A program made the position numbers and the translations under genes. 64,000 nucleotides of DNA from Sedimentisphaerales bacterium (GTDB taxonomy: Bacteria > Planctomycetota > Phycisphaerae > Sedimentisphaerales > Anaerobacaceae): NCBI GenBank assembly GCA_029907605.1, contig JARYLO010000002.1, positions 11,030-75,029 of the forward strand, given 5' to 3'. Numbering within the stretch: position 1 is the stretch's first letter; each line of letters starts with the position of its first letter. Shown one piece after another: positions 51,392 through 60,279 of the stretch. The notes below the pieces were generated by a model. It saw nothing but the letters and a program-made list of their open reading frames with translations. It made no database searches and was not told the origin of the DNA.

Positions 51392-51922
51392 CTAGGAGTT
51401 GATCCCCAGGTCTACCCTTGTTAGGATACTGTCAAAGGCCAGACCTTTGTTGGTGATCGTCTCCCTGGCACCCTCCATACGATCTATGACGGCAACCACC
51501 CTGGCCACCTTTGCACCTGTCTGATGCAAGACCTCGGCAGCCTCTAGGACCTGGCCGCCTGTAGTAACGATATCCTCCACCAGTAGGACCACATCCGTTG
51601 GGGATATCCTCCCTTCTATCAGCTTGGTCGTCCCATATCCCTTGCGGCTGTTTCGCACGATGACAAAGGGCTTGTGGGTCAGAAGGGAGGTGGCTGCTGC
51701 CAATGCCACACCACCAAGCTCTGCACCAGCGATCAAGGTGATCTGGTCGTTGACAAACCTGGCGAACTCCTCTGCAATGGCCTGTAGGATATCGGGACAG
51801 GTCTCAAATAGGTACTTGTCCAGGTAATAATTGCTCTTACGGCCGCTTCGTAGGATAAACTGTCCCTGGATGTAGGCGACCTGCTTTATCCTTTCTATCA
51901 ACTGCCTTCTATCCATCCTCAT
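51392..51922 (-). CDS. pyrE: Orotate phosphoribosyltransferase
   Basis: FILRSGRKSNYYLD and the PRPP loop VLLVEDIVTTGGQV. A 4-nt overlap with the purB stop. Confidence 0.88.
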   Translation of the reverse strand: MRMDRRQLIERIKQVAYIQGQFILRSGRKSNYYLDKYLFETCPDILQAIAEEFARFVNDQITLIAGAELGGVALAAATSLLTHKPFVIVRNSRKGYGTTKLIEGRISPTDVVLLVEDIVTTGGQVLEAAEVLHQTGAKVARVVAVIDRMEGARETITNKGLAFDSILTRVDLGINS

Positions 51923-53349
51923 ACCCTCAGTTCTGACCGCTTAGATAAGACCTGTCGGTAACGCCGAAGGATGGGCCTGACGACCTGATCTAGGTACTCC
52001 TGGACCTGCTGCGGGGCCCTGCCTACATAGTCCTGGGGCCTGGTCAGGTCCTTGAGGTCTATGTTGGAGAAGGCAGGATCTGAACAAAGCCTCTCTAGCA
52101 GGTCATTGGGCCTGCCAAACTGCTTGACCTGTTGTGCTGCCGCCTGGGCATGCCTGCGGATCAGTTCATGAAGCTGTTGTCGATCGCCGCCTGCCTTGAC
52201 TGCGGCCATCAGTATCCGTTCTGTGGCCATGAAGGGTAGCTCTGCAGCAAGGTGGCTTGAGATCACCTTTGGATAGACCACAAGCCCGTCAAAGACATTC
52301 AACAGGATCTCCAGGATACCGTCTACTGCCAGGAAGGCCTCTGGTATGACCACCCTGCGGTTGGCAGAGTCGTCCAATGTCCTTTCGAACCACTGAACGC
52401 TTGCAGTCATGGCCGGGCTGATACTGAGGCTCAAGACCAGCCTGGCCAGCGAGGTGGCTCGCTCGCACCGCATGGGATTGCGCTTGTATGGCATGGCCGA
52501 GGAGCCCACCTGGGAGGCCTCGAATGGCTCTTCTATCTCCTTAAGGTTGGCCAGGAGCCGCAGGTCCGTACATACCTTGTGTGCAGATTGTGCGATCAAG
52601 GCCAATGTATTTATCACCTGTGTGTCTATCTTCCTTGGATAGGTCTGGCCTGTGACTGGGCAGATCCTCTTGAAACCGAATGCCCTTGCAACCATCCGCT
52701 CAAGCCTTTGGACCTTTGCATGATTACCTCCGAATAGCTCCAGGAATGATGCCTGGGTGCCTGTTGCGCCCTTTATGCCGCGGAATGGCAGCACCTCAAG
52801 TCTATACTCAATCTCCTGGAGGTCCATCACGAATTCTTGACACCACAACACCGCCCTCTTTCCAACCGTGGTAGGCTGGGCAGGTTGATAGTGCGTGAAT
52901 GCAAGCGTAGGCATGTCCCTATACCGCCTGGCAAACTTGGCAAGCAGGCCGATGATGGATGCCAACTTGCCTGCAATGATCTGCAAGGCCTGCCTGATGA
53001 TGATCAGGTCTGCATTGTCGGTGATGTCACAGCTGGTTGCACCAAGGTGTATGATGGGTGCTGCCTCAGGTGCAACCTTGGCATAGGCGTGGATATGGGC
53101 CATTACATCGTGCCGCAGTCGCTGCTCCAACCTGGCTGCCTCTTGGAGGTCGATATCCTCCAGGTGGGCGGCCATCTGGTCTATCTGCTCTTGTGTGATG
53201 GGCAGGCCCAGGGCCTTCTGGGCCTTGGCTAGCTCCAGCCATATCCTCCTCCAGACGGCAAACTTGGTTTGTGGGCTGAACAGTTCTGCCATCTGCCTGG
53301 ATGCGTTTCTTTCCACCAGTGGACTGCTGTATACAGATCCTCGCTCCAT
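51919..53349 (-). CDS. purB: Adenylosuccinate lyase
   Basis: Motifs are HLGATSCDITDNADL, the fumarate-lyase signature GSSAMPYKRNP, and the C-terminal ADSL domain. Confidence 0.92.
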   Translation of the reverse strand: MERGSVYSSPLVERNASRQMAELFSPQTKFAVWRRIWLELAKAQKALGLPITQEQIDQMAAHLEDIDLQEAARLEQRLRHDVMAHIHAYAKVAPEAAPIIHLGATSCDITDNADLIIIRQALQIIAGKLASIIGLLAKFARRYRDMPTLAFTHYQPAQPTTVGKRAVLWCQEFVMDLQEIEYRLEVLPFRGIKGATGTQASFLELFGGNHAKVQRLERMVARAFGFKRICPVTGQTYPRKIDTQVINTLALIAQSAHKVCTDLRLLANLKEIEEPFEASQVGSSAMPYKRNPMRCERATSLARLVLSLSISPAMTASVQWFERTLDDSANRRVVIPEAFLAVDGILEILLNVFDGLVVYPKVISSHLAAELPFMATERILMAAVKAGGDRQQLHELIRRHAQAAAQQVKQFGRPNDLLERLCSDPAFSNIDLKDLTRPQDYVGRAPQQVQEYLDQVVRPILRRYRQVLSKRSELRV

Positions 53350-53351
53350 GC

Positions 53352-54332
53352 CTAATCCTTACCTGTGCCAACAAGACGCTGGCGTTGCTGTATTATCTGC
53401 TCTATCTGGTCCACAACCTCAGGTGGCAGTTCCACATTGCCAGCTGGGGCGGTCTGCCTTATCTGGTCCGGCGACCTGGCCCCTACAATCGCACTTGTGA
53501 TCTCCGGCCTACGTAGGACCCAGGCGATGGCCAGTTGAGCAAGCGTAATGCCTAGTTGTCTGGCTACTGGGCGGAGGTTCTCGACCATCTGCAAGGTCGC
53601 ACTGAACTGCGGCTCCTTGAAGTCATCGATCCTGAGCCTGTGGTCATCAGGGGCCAGGTCAGAGAGGTTCTCCTTTGTGAACTTACCTATCAGCAGGCCG
53701 CGGGCAAGTGGGCTATATGTAATTACCCCTATCTGGTTTTCCTTACAATAGGCAAGCACCTCCTGTTCGATTTGGCGGTGGAGCATGTTGTATTGAGGCT
53801 GAAGTGATTCCACTGGGTGTATCTTGGCGATCCGCTCCATCTGTTCTATAGTGAAGTTGGATACCCCTATGTGTCTGACAAGCCCCTTGTCCTTTAGCCT
53901 TGTAAGCTCCTCCCAGGCCCACTCTATCTTCTCCTCTGGTATGGGCCTGTGGATCTGGTAAAGATCGATTACATCGATCCCCAGTCTTCGCAGACTGTCG
54001 TAACATTCATTGCGGATACTCTGCGGCTCCAAGCAAAAGACACGCTCCTTCCTTTCATTCCAGAGCATGCCGCACTTGGTGGCGATCAGTGGTCTTGATC
54101 GCATCTGTCTTAGTGCGATGCCCACCAGGTGCTCGGAATGGCCACAGCCATAGATCGGAGCTGTATCTATCCAGTTGATGCCGCACTCGTCTATGGCAGT
54201 GATGATCGCCCTTATTGCCTGGGAGTCATCCTGAGGTCCCCAGCCGACCTCCCAAGGGCCGCCTATGGCCCAGGTTCCTAGACCTATGGTAGTGAACTCT
54301 AGATCTGTGCTGCCAAGTCGTCTTGTCTTCAT
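53352..54332 (-). CDS. Aldo/keto reductase
   Basis: Motifs are LGLGTWAIGG, IDTAPIYGCGHSE, LYQIHRP, IGVSNF and PLARGLL. Confidence 0.85.
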   Translation of the reverse strand: MKTRRLGSTDLEFTTIGLGTWAIGGPWEVGWGPQDDSQAIRAIITAIDECGINWIDTAPIYGCGHSEHLVGIALRQMRSRPLIATKCGMLWNERKERVFCLEPQSIRNECYDSLRRLGIDVIDLYQIHRPIPEEKIEWAWEELTRLKDKGLVRHIGVSNFTIEQMERIAKIHPVESLQPQYNMLHRQIEQEVLAYCKENQIGVITYSPLARGLLIGKFTKENLSDLAPDDHRLRIDDFKEPQFSATLQMVENLRPVARQLGITLAQLAIAWVLRRPEITSAIVGARSPDQIRQTAPAGNVELPPEVVDQIEQIIQQRQRLVGTGKD

Positions 54333-54466
54333 GCTGCCTATCCTAAATCCGCCCTAACATATCACTGGTTGAGTTGATATCAACCTTTTTGCATCAGCAT
54401 CCTTTCAATCCTAGATTTTCCTTGGAAGGGCCGTGTTGGCCTAGAACTATTGGGATTATCGCGACC

Positions 54467-55222
54467 ATGACAGAGATGCTCCAGAGCAGTAGTGGCCCAT
54501 CCTCATTGATAGGTCCGATGCAGGACCGGACGACCGGCATATTGTCCTACAACCGCGAGGGCAGGTGGCAGGTCAAGAAGGTGGTCATAGAGGAGATCGA
54601 CCAGGCCCAGATAAGGCTCTCGGTAAGGCAGGACGATCGCCAGCCGGTCCAGCTGGGACTGTTGCCTGGGCACCCGGTGGGGGTCTCATTCAAGTACGGC
54701 TATTCCAAGATCCTCTTCGACGCACAGGTCCTGCAGGTTGATCCTTCTGGCCGACTAATAACATTGGAGGTCCCCAGTCAGGTCGACATCATAGACCGCC
54801 GAAGCTACTACAGGGTCAGGGTACCTGAGGGGCTGAAGGTCAACGTGATCTTATGGCCCAGGTCTGGCAACCTCTCAGAACCAGCCAGCGATCGACCATT
54901 CTGGACAGGTCTTCTTGTAGACATAAGCGCAGGAGGGGCCCAGGTCGCCTTACCTAGGACCGGTCAGCAGACAGAGGTCAACCTCAGGCCCTGCCAATAC
55001 CTGTGGGTCAGGTTCACCCCATTGCCTTACCAAAGACCGATCAGGCTTGTGGCCCAGGTCCGCACGGTCCTGCCTACTGCAGATGGGTCGGCCATATGTG
55101 TAGGTCTGCAAAGCGTTGGGCTGGAGGCAAGCAAGGAGGGCAGGCAGACCCTTTCAAGGATAATCGGCGTCATCGGTCAGTACGCCAGGATGAACCAGCA
55201 GGCATCCTTGCCCTGGGCTTGA
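54467..55222 (+). CDS. PilZ domain protein (predicted c-di-GMP receptor)
   Basis: It carries the RxxxR motif (DRRSYYRVRV) and the DxSxxG motif (LLVDISAGGAQV). Preferred start ATG 54467. Confidence 0.7.
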   Translation: MTEMLQSSSGPSSLIGPMQDRTTGILSYNREGRWQVKKVVIEEIDQAQIRLSVRQDDRQPVQLGLLPGHPVGVSFKYGYSKILFDAQVLQVDPSGRLITLEVPSQVDIIDRRSYYRVRVPEGLKVNVILWPRSGNLSEPASDRPFWTGLLVDISAGGAQVALPRTGQQTEVNLRPCQYLWVRFTPLPYQRPIRLVAQVRTVLPTADGSAICVGLQSVGLEASKEGRQTLSRIIGVIGQYARMNQQASLPWA

Positions 55223-55244
55223 CTGGCCTGCCTCAGCCAAGACA

Positions 55245-55787
55245 ATGGCTGATGTGAGCAAGGCCACCGATATCTCAGCCATAAGATTGTTAGTACTGGA
55301 TGTTGACGGTGTCTTGACCGACGGCACGGTGACCATCCACGCAGACGGATCCGAGTCCAAGCGTTTTTGCCTGCAGGATGGCCACGGCATCAAGATGTGG
55401 AGGAGGGCTGGAATGGAGGTGGCCCTATTGAGTGGAAGGCCATCTGCTGCAACCAGGCATAGGGCCCGCCAACTGCAGATCAAGCACCTGCTTGAAGGTT
55501 GCCAGGAGAAGCTGCCTGCCATAAGAGAGCTACTTTGCACCTTGGCCATGACCCCACAACAGGTTGCCTACATAGGGGATGACCTGATAGACATACCGGT
55601 GGTGCGATACGTAGGCCTTGGTTGTGCTGTGGCAAATGCGGTCCCAGAGCTGAAACTCCATGCCGATTATGTGACGACCAGGCCAGGTGGTAATGGGGCA
55701 GTCAGGGAGGTCATAGAGTTCATCCTGCGTTCATCTGGCAGGTGGGATGACCTGTTGCAGCGGTACCTTGAGGACCAAGGACCATAG
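55245..55787 (+). CDS. kdsC: 3-deoxy-D-manno-octulosonate 8-phosphate phosphatase (HAD-IIIA)
   Basis: Motifs are LLVLDVDGVLTDG, DGHGIKM, LSGR, AYIGDDLIDIP and GGNGAVREV. Confidence 0.85.
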   Translation: MADVSKATDISAIRLLVLDVDGVLTDGTVTIHADGSESKRFCLQDGHGIKMWRRAGMEVALLSGRPSAATRHRARQLQIKHLLEGCQEKLPAIRELLCTLAMTPQQVAYIGDDLIDIPVVRYVGLGCAVANAVPELKLHADYVTTRPGGNGAVREVIEFILRSSGRWDDLLQRYLEDQGP

Positions 55788-55788
55788 G

Positions 55789-57744
55789 ATGGCTGCAATC
55801 AGGAAGATTGCGATCGGTTTGTGTGGCCTGCTTGTGGCATACGCGCTGTATATGCTCTACGATCGGTATGTGTCTACCCCAATGCCAATACCCGCAGATG
55901 TCAATAGCAGCGCAATCAAGGACCTCAGTTGGTTCCGTCAGCCGGGCGTCATTGGGCAGTTCGAGGTCTACGGCGCTGATGGTCTTGTCTACCAACAGCG
56001 AGGACCTGATGGGAGGGTGATCCGCCAGCTTGGATTCCAGCAATTGTGGCATCAAGGCCAGGATGCCTGGCAGGTCAAGGAGCCATTCCTGCGGCTATAT
56101 TGGCAGCAGGCAGAATGTCTGATCACTGCCGATACCGGGCGATTCACCGTCTGGTCCGGAGCAGACAGGCCTACGCCGACAGGTGGGAGGCTTTGGGGCA
56201 ATGTGATGATTCTGATAAGGCAGGCCTCTGAAGGATCCTGGCCTGGATATCGGATGCGGATGGATGACCTGGAATTAGCACATGATAGGCCGCTTTTTAC
56301 CTGCCAAGGTACTGTGGAGTTTGAGGCCCCACAAGGTAGATGGACAGGTACCCAGATGGAGTTGATGTTCAACCAGGTCACACAAAGACCACAATTCCTC
56401 AGGCTTGGTAGGCTTGATAGACTCAACTGGCATATCGGTGTCCCTGCTGCTACCAACCAAAGGCCAACTGATAGGACAGGATCTGCTGATCAGACCGAGT
56501 ACTACCAATGCCTGCTAAGGGATCAGGTACGGCTTGAGACCAGCAAAGGCGTTGTGTTTGCAAGTGCATATGTGCACATGACCGGTCTGGATCTCGGCCC
56601 TACGCCAGGTCCTGGCAGCAGTGCCGCAGGTGAGGGGGGTAGGCATGTGCTTGAAGAACTGACCGCCAGCACAAGAGGGCCTGTGATGATCTGCCCGATG
56701 GATGTGGACTTGGAGGTCCCTGACCTGCAGGGAGATGATGGGCACGATCCAGCAGGCCTGGATGGGTACGCGGATGGCAACCAGATATGTGTGCGGGGTG
56801 TCTACTATGACCATCGGACAGGCCAGATCCTCGCAAGAGGGCCTGTCCACATGCGGCTGGTATTACACGGGCCGGCAGGACAGACCCCAATCCCAGCTAC
56901 CATCAGTGCTGCCAAGCAGGCGACCTGTAGTGCCGGTCAGCTTGTACTAGACGGCCCTTGCCAGTGTGTATTCGTGCATCAAGGACAGCGAACTACCACT
57001 AGATACAGCCTTTGGTCCGGCCAGATATCTGCCACCTTTACTCAGCGATCTGAAGGTGTGTTCCCAGCCCTGGACGGGATAGGCCACCTAAGGGCAGGTG
57101 AAGGGCCAGTGGAATTGAGGGTGGAATCGTATACAAGCGGCAGCCAGCCAGGACCTTTACCAGTGAAGGTTGGGCCTGCCGATCCGATGGAGTCAGGTGC
57201 AAGGATGGTCTGCCAACAGATGGACTGGGATGCCGTGCAACAGGTGATCATGGCCACAGGGCCTGGGACCATCTGGCTCAATCATGGGGCTGGAAGGGTA
57301 GATCCCAATACACGCCAACCGTTCTATGCAATGGTCAGGGGCTTCGGCCATGCCACTTATGACCTCAGCACTGACCGGCTATCTGCCACAGGCCAGGACA
57401 AACCGATCTTGGTCGATTATTTTCCCGTTGGAGGTGGGGGCGAGGATGGGCACATAAGGGCGCAGGCCATGAAGGTAGAACTTGGGTTGTTGAGGGACCA
57501 ATCAGGGCAACTGGGACTTGGGACATTGGTGGCCACCGGTGAGGTCTTTTATGACGACCAGGAGAATCGCTTTTCTGGGCAAAGATTGTCTTATGACCAC
57601 AGGACCGGTTGGATGGTGATGGAAGGCAATGATCGCCAAGCTTGTAGTGCAAATGGCTTGTCGGTCCTGGGTATAAGATTCAACCTCAAGACAAGGCAAC
57701 TTCAGACCACCATCGTATCACCTGGTATGTGGATGGTGCGGTAG
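55789..57744 (+). CDS. Membrane-anchored 651-aa protein with repeated LptC/LptA (OstA)-like segments (tentative)
   Basis: ATG 55789 lies 1 nt after the kdsC stop. It has the N-terminal TM helix IAIGLCGLLVAYALYMLY. Beta-rich segments resemble OstA-type repeats (ITADTGRF..GRLWGNVMI; MDDLELAHDRPLFTCQGTVEFE; FSGQRLSYDHRTGWMVMEGN). Synteny with kdsC-lptC-lptA supports the call. Confidence 0.4.
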   Translation: MAAIRKIAIGLCGLLVAYALYMLYDRYVSTPMPIPADVNSSAIKDLSWFRQPGVIGQFEVYGADGLVYQQRGPDGRVIRQLGFQQLWHQGQDAWQVKEPFLRLYWQQAECLITADTGRFTVWSGADRPTPTGGRLWGNVMILIRQASEGSWPGYRMRMDDLELAHDRPLFTCQGTVEFEAPQGRWTGTQMELMFNQVTQRPQFLRLGRLDRLNWHIGVPAATNQRPTDRTGSADQTEYYQCLLRDQVRLETSKGVVFASAYVHMTGLDLGPTPGPGSSAAGEGGRHVLEELTASTRGPVMICPMDVDLEVPDLQGDDGHDPAGLDGYADGNQICVRGVYYDHRTGQILARGPVHMRLVLHGPAGQTPIPATISAAKQATCSAGQLVLDGPCQCVFVHQGQRTTTRYSLWSGQISATFTQRSEGVFPALDGIGHLRAGEGPVELRVESYTSGSQPGPLPVKVGPADPMESGARMVCQQMDWDAVQQVIMATGPGTIWLNHGAGRVDPNTRQPFYAMVRGFGHATYDLSTDRLSATGQDKPILVDYFPVGGGGEDGHIRAQAMKVELGLLRDQSGQLGLGTLVATGEVFYDDQENRFSGQRLSYDHRTGWMVMEGNDRQACSANGLSVLGIRFNLKTRQLQTTIVSPGMWMVR

Positions 57745-57751
57745 ATCGATC

Positions 57752-58525
57752 ATGGACGAAGACCTATTTGACCTTTCTGGTAGGACCGCCCTGGTGACAG
57801 GTGCCAGCCGTGGTATCGGGAGGGCACTGGCCGAGGGACTTGCCAAGTATAGCGCGGATCTGGCCTTGGTTGCCAGGTCTGAGGATCAACTATTGGCCGC
57901 AAAGCAGCAGATCTCTACGCTCACAGGTCGGCGGGTCTGGATCTTCCCTGCAGACCTATCGAGGCTTGATAGTATACAGGATTTATTCGAGCAGGTCATA
58001 GACAAGGTCGGTTCTGTGGACATACTGGTCAATGCTGCTGGCACTACCATCAGACGGCCCAGCGAGCAGTTGCAGCCGGCAGATCTGGAGGCAGTGATGG
58101 CGGTCAATCTCAACGCACCGCTATTGCTCAGCCAGGCCTTGTTTAGGCATTGCAAGGATAGAGGTAGACCTGGCAGGATCATAAACGTTGCCTCCCTGTT
58201 GTTTCATGCAGCCAGGCCTACCATAGCGGCCTACACAGCAAGCAAGATGGCGTTGGTAGGACTGACCAGGACGCTTGCAGTGGAGTGGGCCTGCCATAGG
58301 ATAAACGTCAACGCCATTGCCCCTGGCTACATCAGGACCGACCTGACATTGGGATTGCAAAGGGATCCGGAGTTTGATCGTTGGGTGATATCAAATACGC
58401 CTTTGGGCAGATGGGGCCTACCAAGTGATCTTATCGGGACTGCAGTGCTTCTTGCCTCTAGGGCAGGTGAGTTTATCACAGGCCAGGTCTTGTTTGTGGA
58501 TGGTGGTTGGTCTGCCATGCTCTAG
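57752..58525 (+). CDS. Short-chain dehydrogenase/reductase (KduD/gluconate-5-dehydrogenase-like)
   Basis: Motifs are TGASRGIGRALA, NAAG, catalytic YTASK and PGYIRTD. Confidence 0.85.
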   Translation: MDEDLFDLSGRTALVTGASRGIGRALAEGLAKYSADLALVARSEDQLLAAKQQISTLTGRRVWIFPADLSRLDSIQDLFEQVIDKVGSVDILVNAAGTTIRRPSEQLQPADLEAVMAVNLNAPLLLSQALFRHCKDRGRPGRIINVASLLFHAARPTIAAYTASKMALVGLTRTLAVEWACHRINVNAIAPGYIRTDLTLGLQRDPEFDRWVISNTPLGRWGLPSDLIGTAVLLASRAGEFITGQVLFVDGGWSAML

Positions 58526-58535
58526 GTTTTTGTCT

Positions 58536-58564
58536 TTGACGTCCAGCCTTGCCGGACTTATTTA
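58536..58564 (+). promoter_or_regulatory. Candidate sigma70-type promoter TTGACG-N17-TATTTA
   Basis: The hexamers lie at 58536-58541 and 58559-58564 in the 94-bp gap before the dehydrogenase gene. A GGAGAAAG RBS sits at about 58608. Confidence 0.35.
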
Positions 58565-58619
58565 TATCCTGTCTCGAGAGAGTTGGTCATTTTGTCCTAT
58601 TTGATTTGGAGAAAGACAG

Positions 58620-60266
58620 ATGTCAGAGGTCTCGATCAGCTTTTCAGGTGAACAGTTTCCCTTGCCAAAGCCCGAGGATTATGCCCCAGAATATGAAAGG
58701 CTCAGAACCCTTGCCCAGCAGGCAAGGGCAGATGGTAAGGAGGTAGTGGTGGTGATGGGGGTGGGATTTGTCGGCGCGGTGATGGCAGCGATCATCGCAG
58801 ATACAGTAGACAAGTCCACAGGCAGACCCAGTAAGTTTGTCATAGGCTGCCAAAGGCCAAGTACAAGGAGCTACTGGAAGATCCCCATGCTCAATAGGGG
58901 CCTATCGCCTGTCAAGGCAGAGGACCCAGAGGTGGATCGGATCATATCGCGATGCGTCAAGGACAAGAAGACCCTCACTGCTACATTCAATAGCGACTGT
59001 CTGGATCTGGCCGACTGCGTTGTAGTGGATGTGCAATGCGATTATACAAAGCACCATCTTGGCAACATGCGGACAGGCGAGGCAGAGATGGCGGCACTTG
59101 AGGCCACCATGAGGACCATCGGGCAGAAGGTAAGACCGGATTGCCTTGTACTGATAGAGACCACTGTTGCACCAGGTACTACTGAGTTTGTTGCATGGCC
59201 GATCATGAAGAAGGCCTTCCTTGCAAGGGGTATTGAGTCTGACCCGCTGCTTGCCCACAGCTTCGAGCGCGTGATGCCTGGTAGGCAATACTTGGCCTCC
59301 ATAAGGGACTTCTGGCGGGTCTGTGCAGGCTGCAATGAAGAGGCAAGAAGGCGGGTGGTCAAGTTCCTCAATGAGGTGATCAATACGGATAAGTACCCCC
59401 TGACGGTCATGGATAGGCCCATAGAATCGGAGACCACGAAGATCGTGGAGAACTCGTACAGGGCCACGATACTGGCCTTCCTAAACGAGTGGAGCCTGTT
59501 TGCAGAGCGGAACGGGGTAGACCTCATAAAGGTCATAGAGGCGATAAAGGTCAGGCCCACCCACAGCAATATCATCTTCCCAGGTCCTGGGATAGGTGGG
59601 TATTGCCTGCCAAAGGATGGTGGCCTTGGCTACTGGGCCTACAAACACATACTCGGTTTCGAGGATGGGGATAATGTCTTTAGGATCACGCCTCAGGCTA
59701 TAGACATCAATGACACAAGGGGTCTCCATGCAGCAGAACTGACCCGCGATGCACTTCGCAATATGGGCAGGTACATCGCAGGTTCTGAGGTATTGATCTG
59801 CGGTGCAAGTTACAGGCAGGATGTCGGGGATACCAGGTATAGCGGTTCAGAGATCGTCGTCCGCAAGCTGGCTGAGATGGGGGCAGACATAAGGGTACAT
59901 GACCCGTATGTAGAACATTGGTATGAACTGGAAAAACAAGACGTCTATCCAGCACCTGGCAGGTCCCTGGCCAGGTTCTTCAGGAATCAGCAGGACCTAG
60001 TGAACATCAGGGTCAGCAAGGACCTGAGGCAGTCACTTAAAGGTGCTGAGGCGGTGGTATTTGCCGTTCCACACGAACCCTATCTGAACCTCAGGCCAGA
60101 GGATGTGGTTGAATGGGCTGGCCAGCCGCTTGCAGTGATAGATTGCTACGGGATCCTGAAGGACCAGCAGATCAGGAGGTACTTTGAGCTGGGTTGCGAG
60201 GTCAAGGGCCTTGGCAGGGGACACGTACAGAGGATAAAGGAACAGGTACGAAGGCTGCGGACATAA
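58620..60266 (+). CDS. Nucleotide-sugar 6-dehydrogenase family protein (long, 548 aa)
   Basis: It has the Rossmann motif VVVMGVGFVGAVMA and the catalytic Cys motif GIGGYCLPKD. A central dimerisation helix and a C-terminal UDP-binding domain are present. It is about 100 aa longer than typical Ugd/WecC. Confidence 0.8.
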   Translation: MSEVSISFSGEQFPLPKPEDYAPEYERLRTLAQQARADGKEVVVVMGVGFVGAVMAAIIADTVDKSTGRPSKFVIGCQRPSTRSYWKIPMLNRGLSPVKAEDPEVDRIISRCVKDKKTLTATFNSDCLDLADCVVVDVQCDYTKHHLGNMRTGEAEMAALEATMRTIGQKVRPDCLVLIETTVAPGTTEFVAWPIMKKAFLARGIESDPLLAHSFERVMPGRQYLASIRDFWRVCAGCNEEARRRVVKFLNEVINTDKYPLTVMDRPIESETTKIVENSYRATILAFLNEWSLFAERNGVDLIKVIEAIKVRPTHSNIIFPGPGIGGYCLPKDGGLGYWAYKHILGFEDGDNVFRITPQAIDINDTRGLHAAELTRDALRNMGRYIAGSEVLICGASYRQDVGDTRYSGSEIVVRKLAEMGADIRVHDPYVEHWYELEKQDVYPAPGRSLARFFRNQQDLVNIRVSKDLRQSLKGAEAVVFAVPHEPYLNLRPEDVVEWAGQPLAVIDCYGILKDQQIRRYFELGCEVKGLGRGHVQRIKEQVRRLRT

Positions 60267-60279
60267 AACCAGGCGGCCT

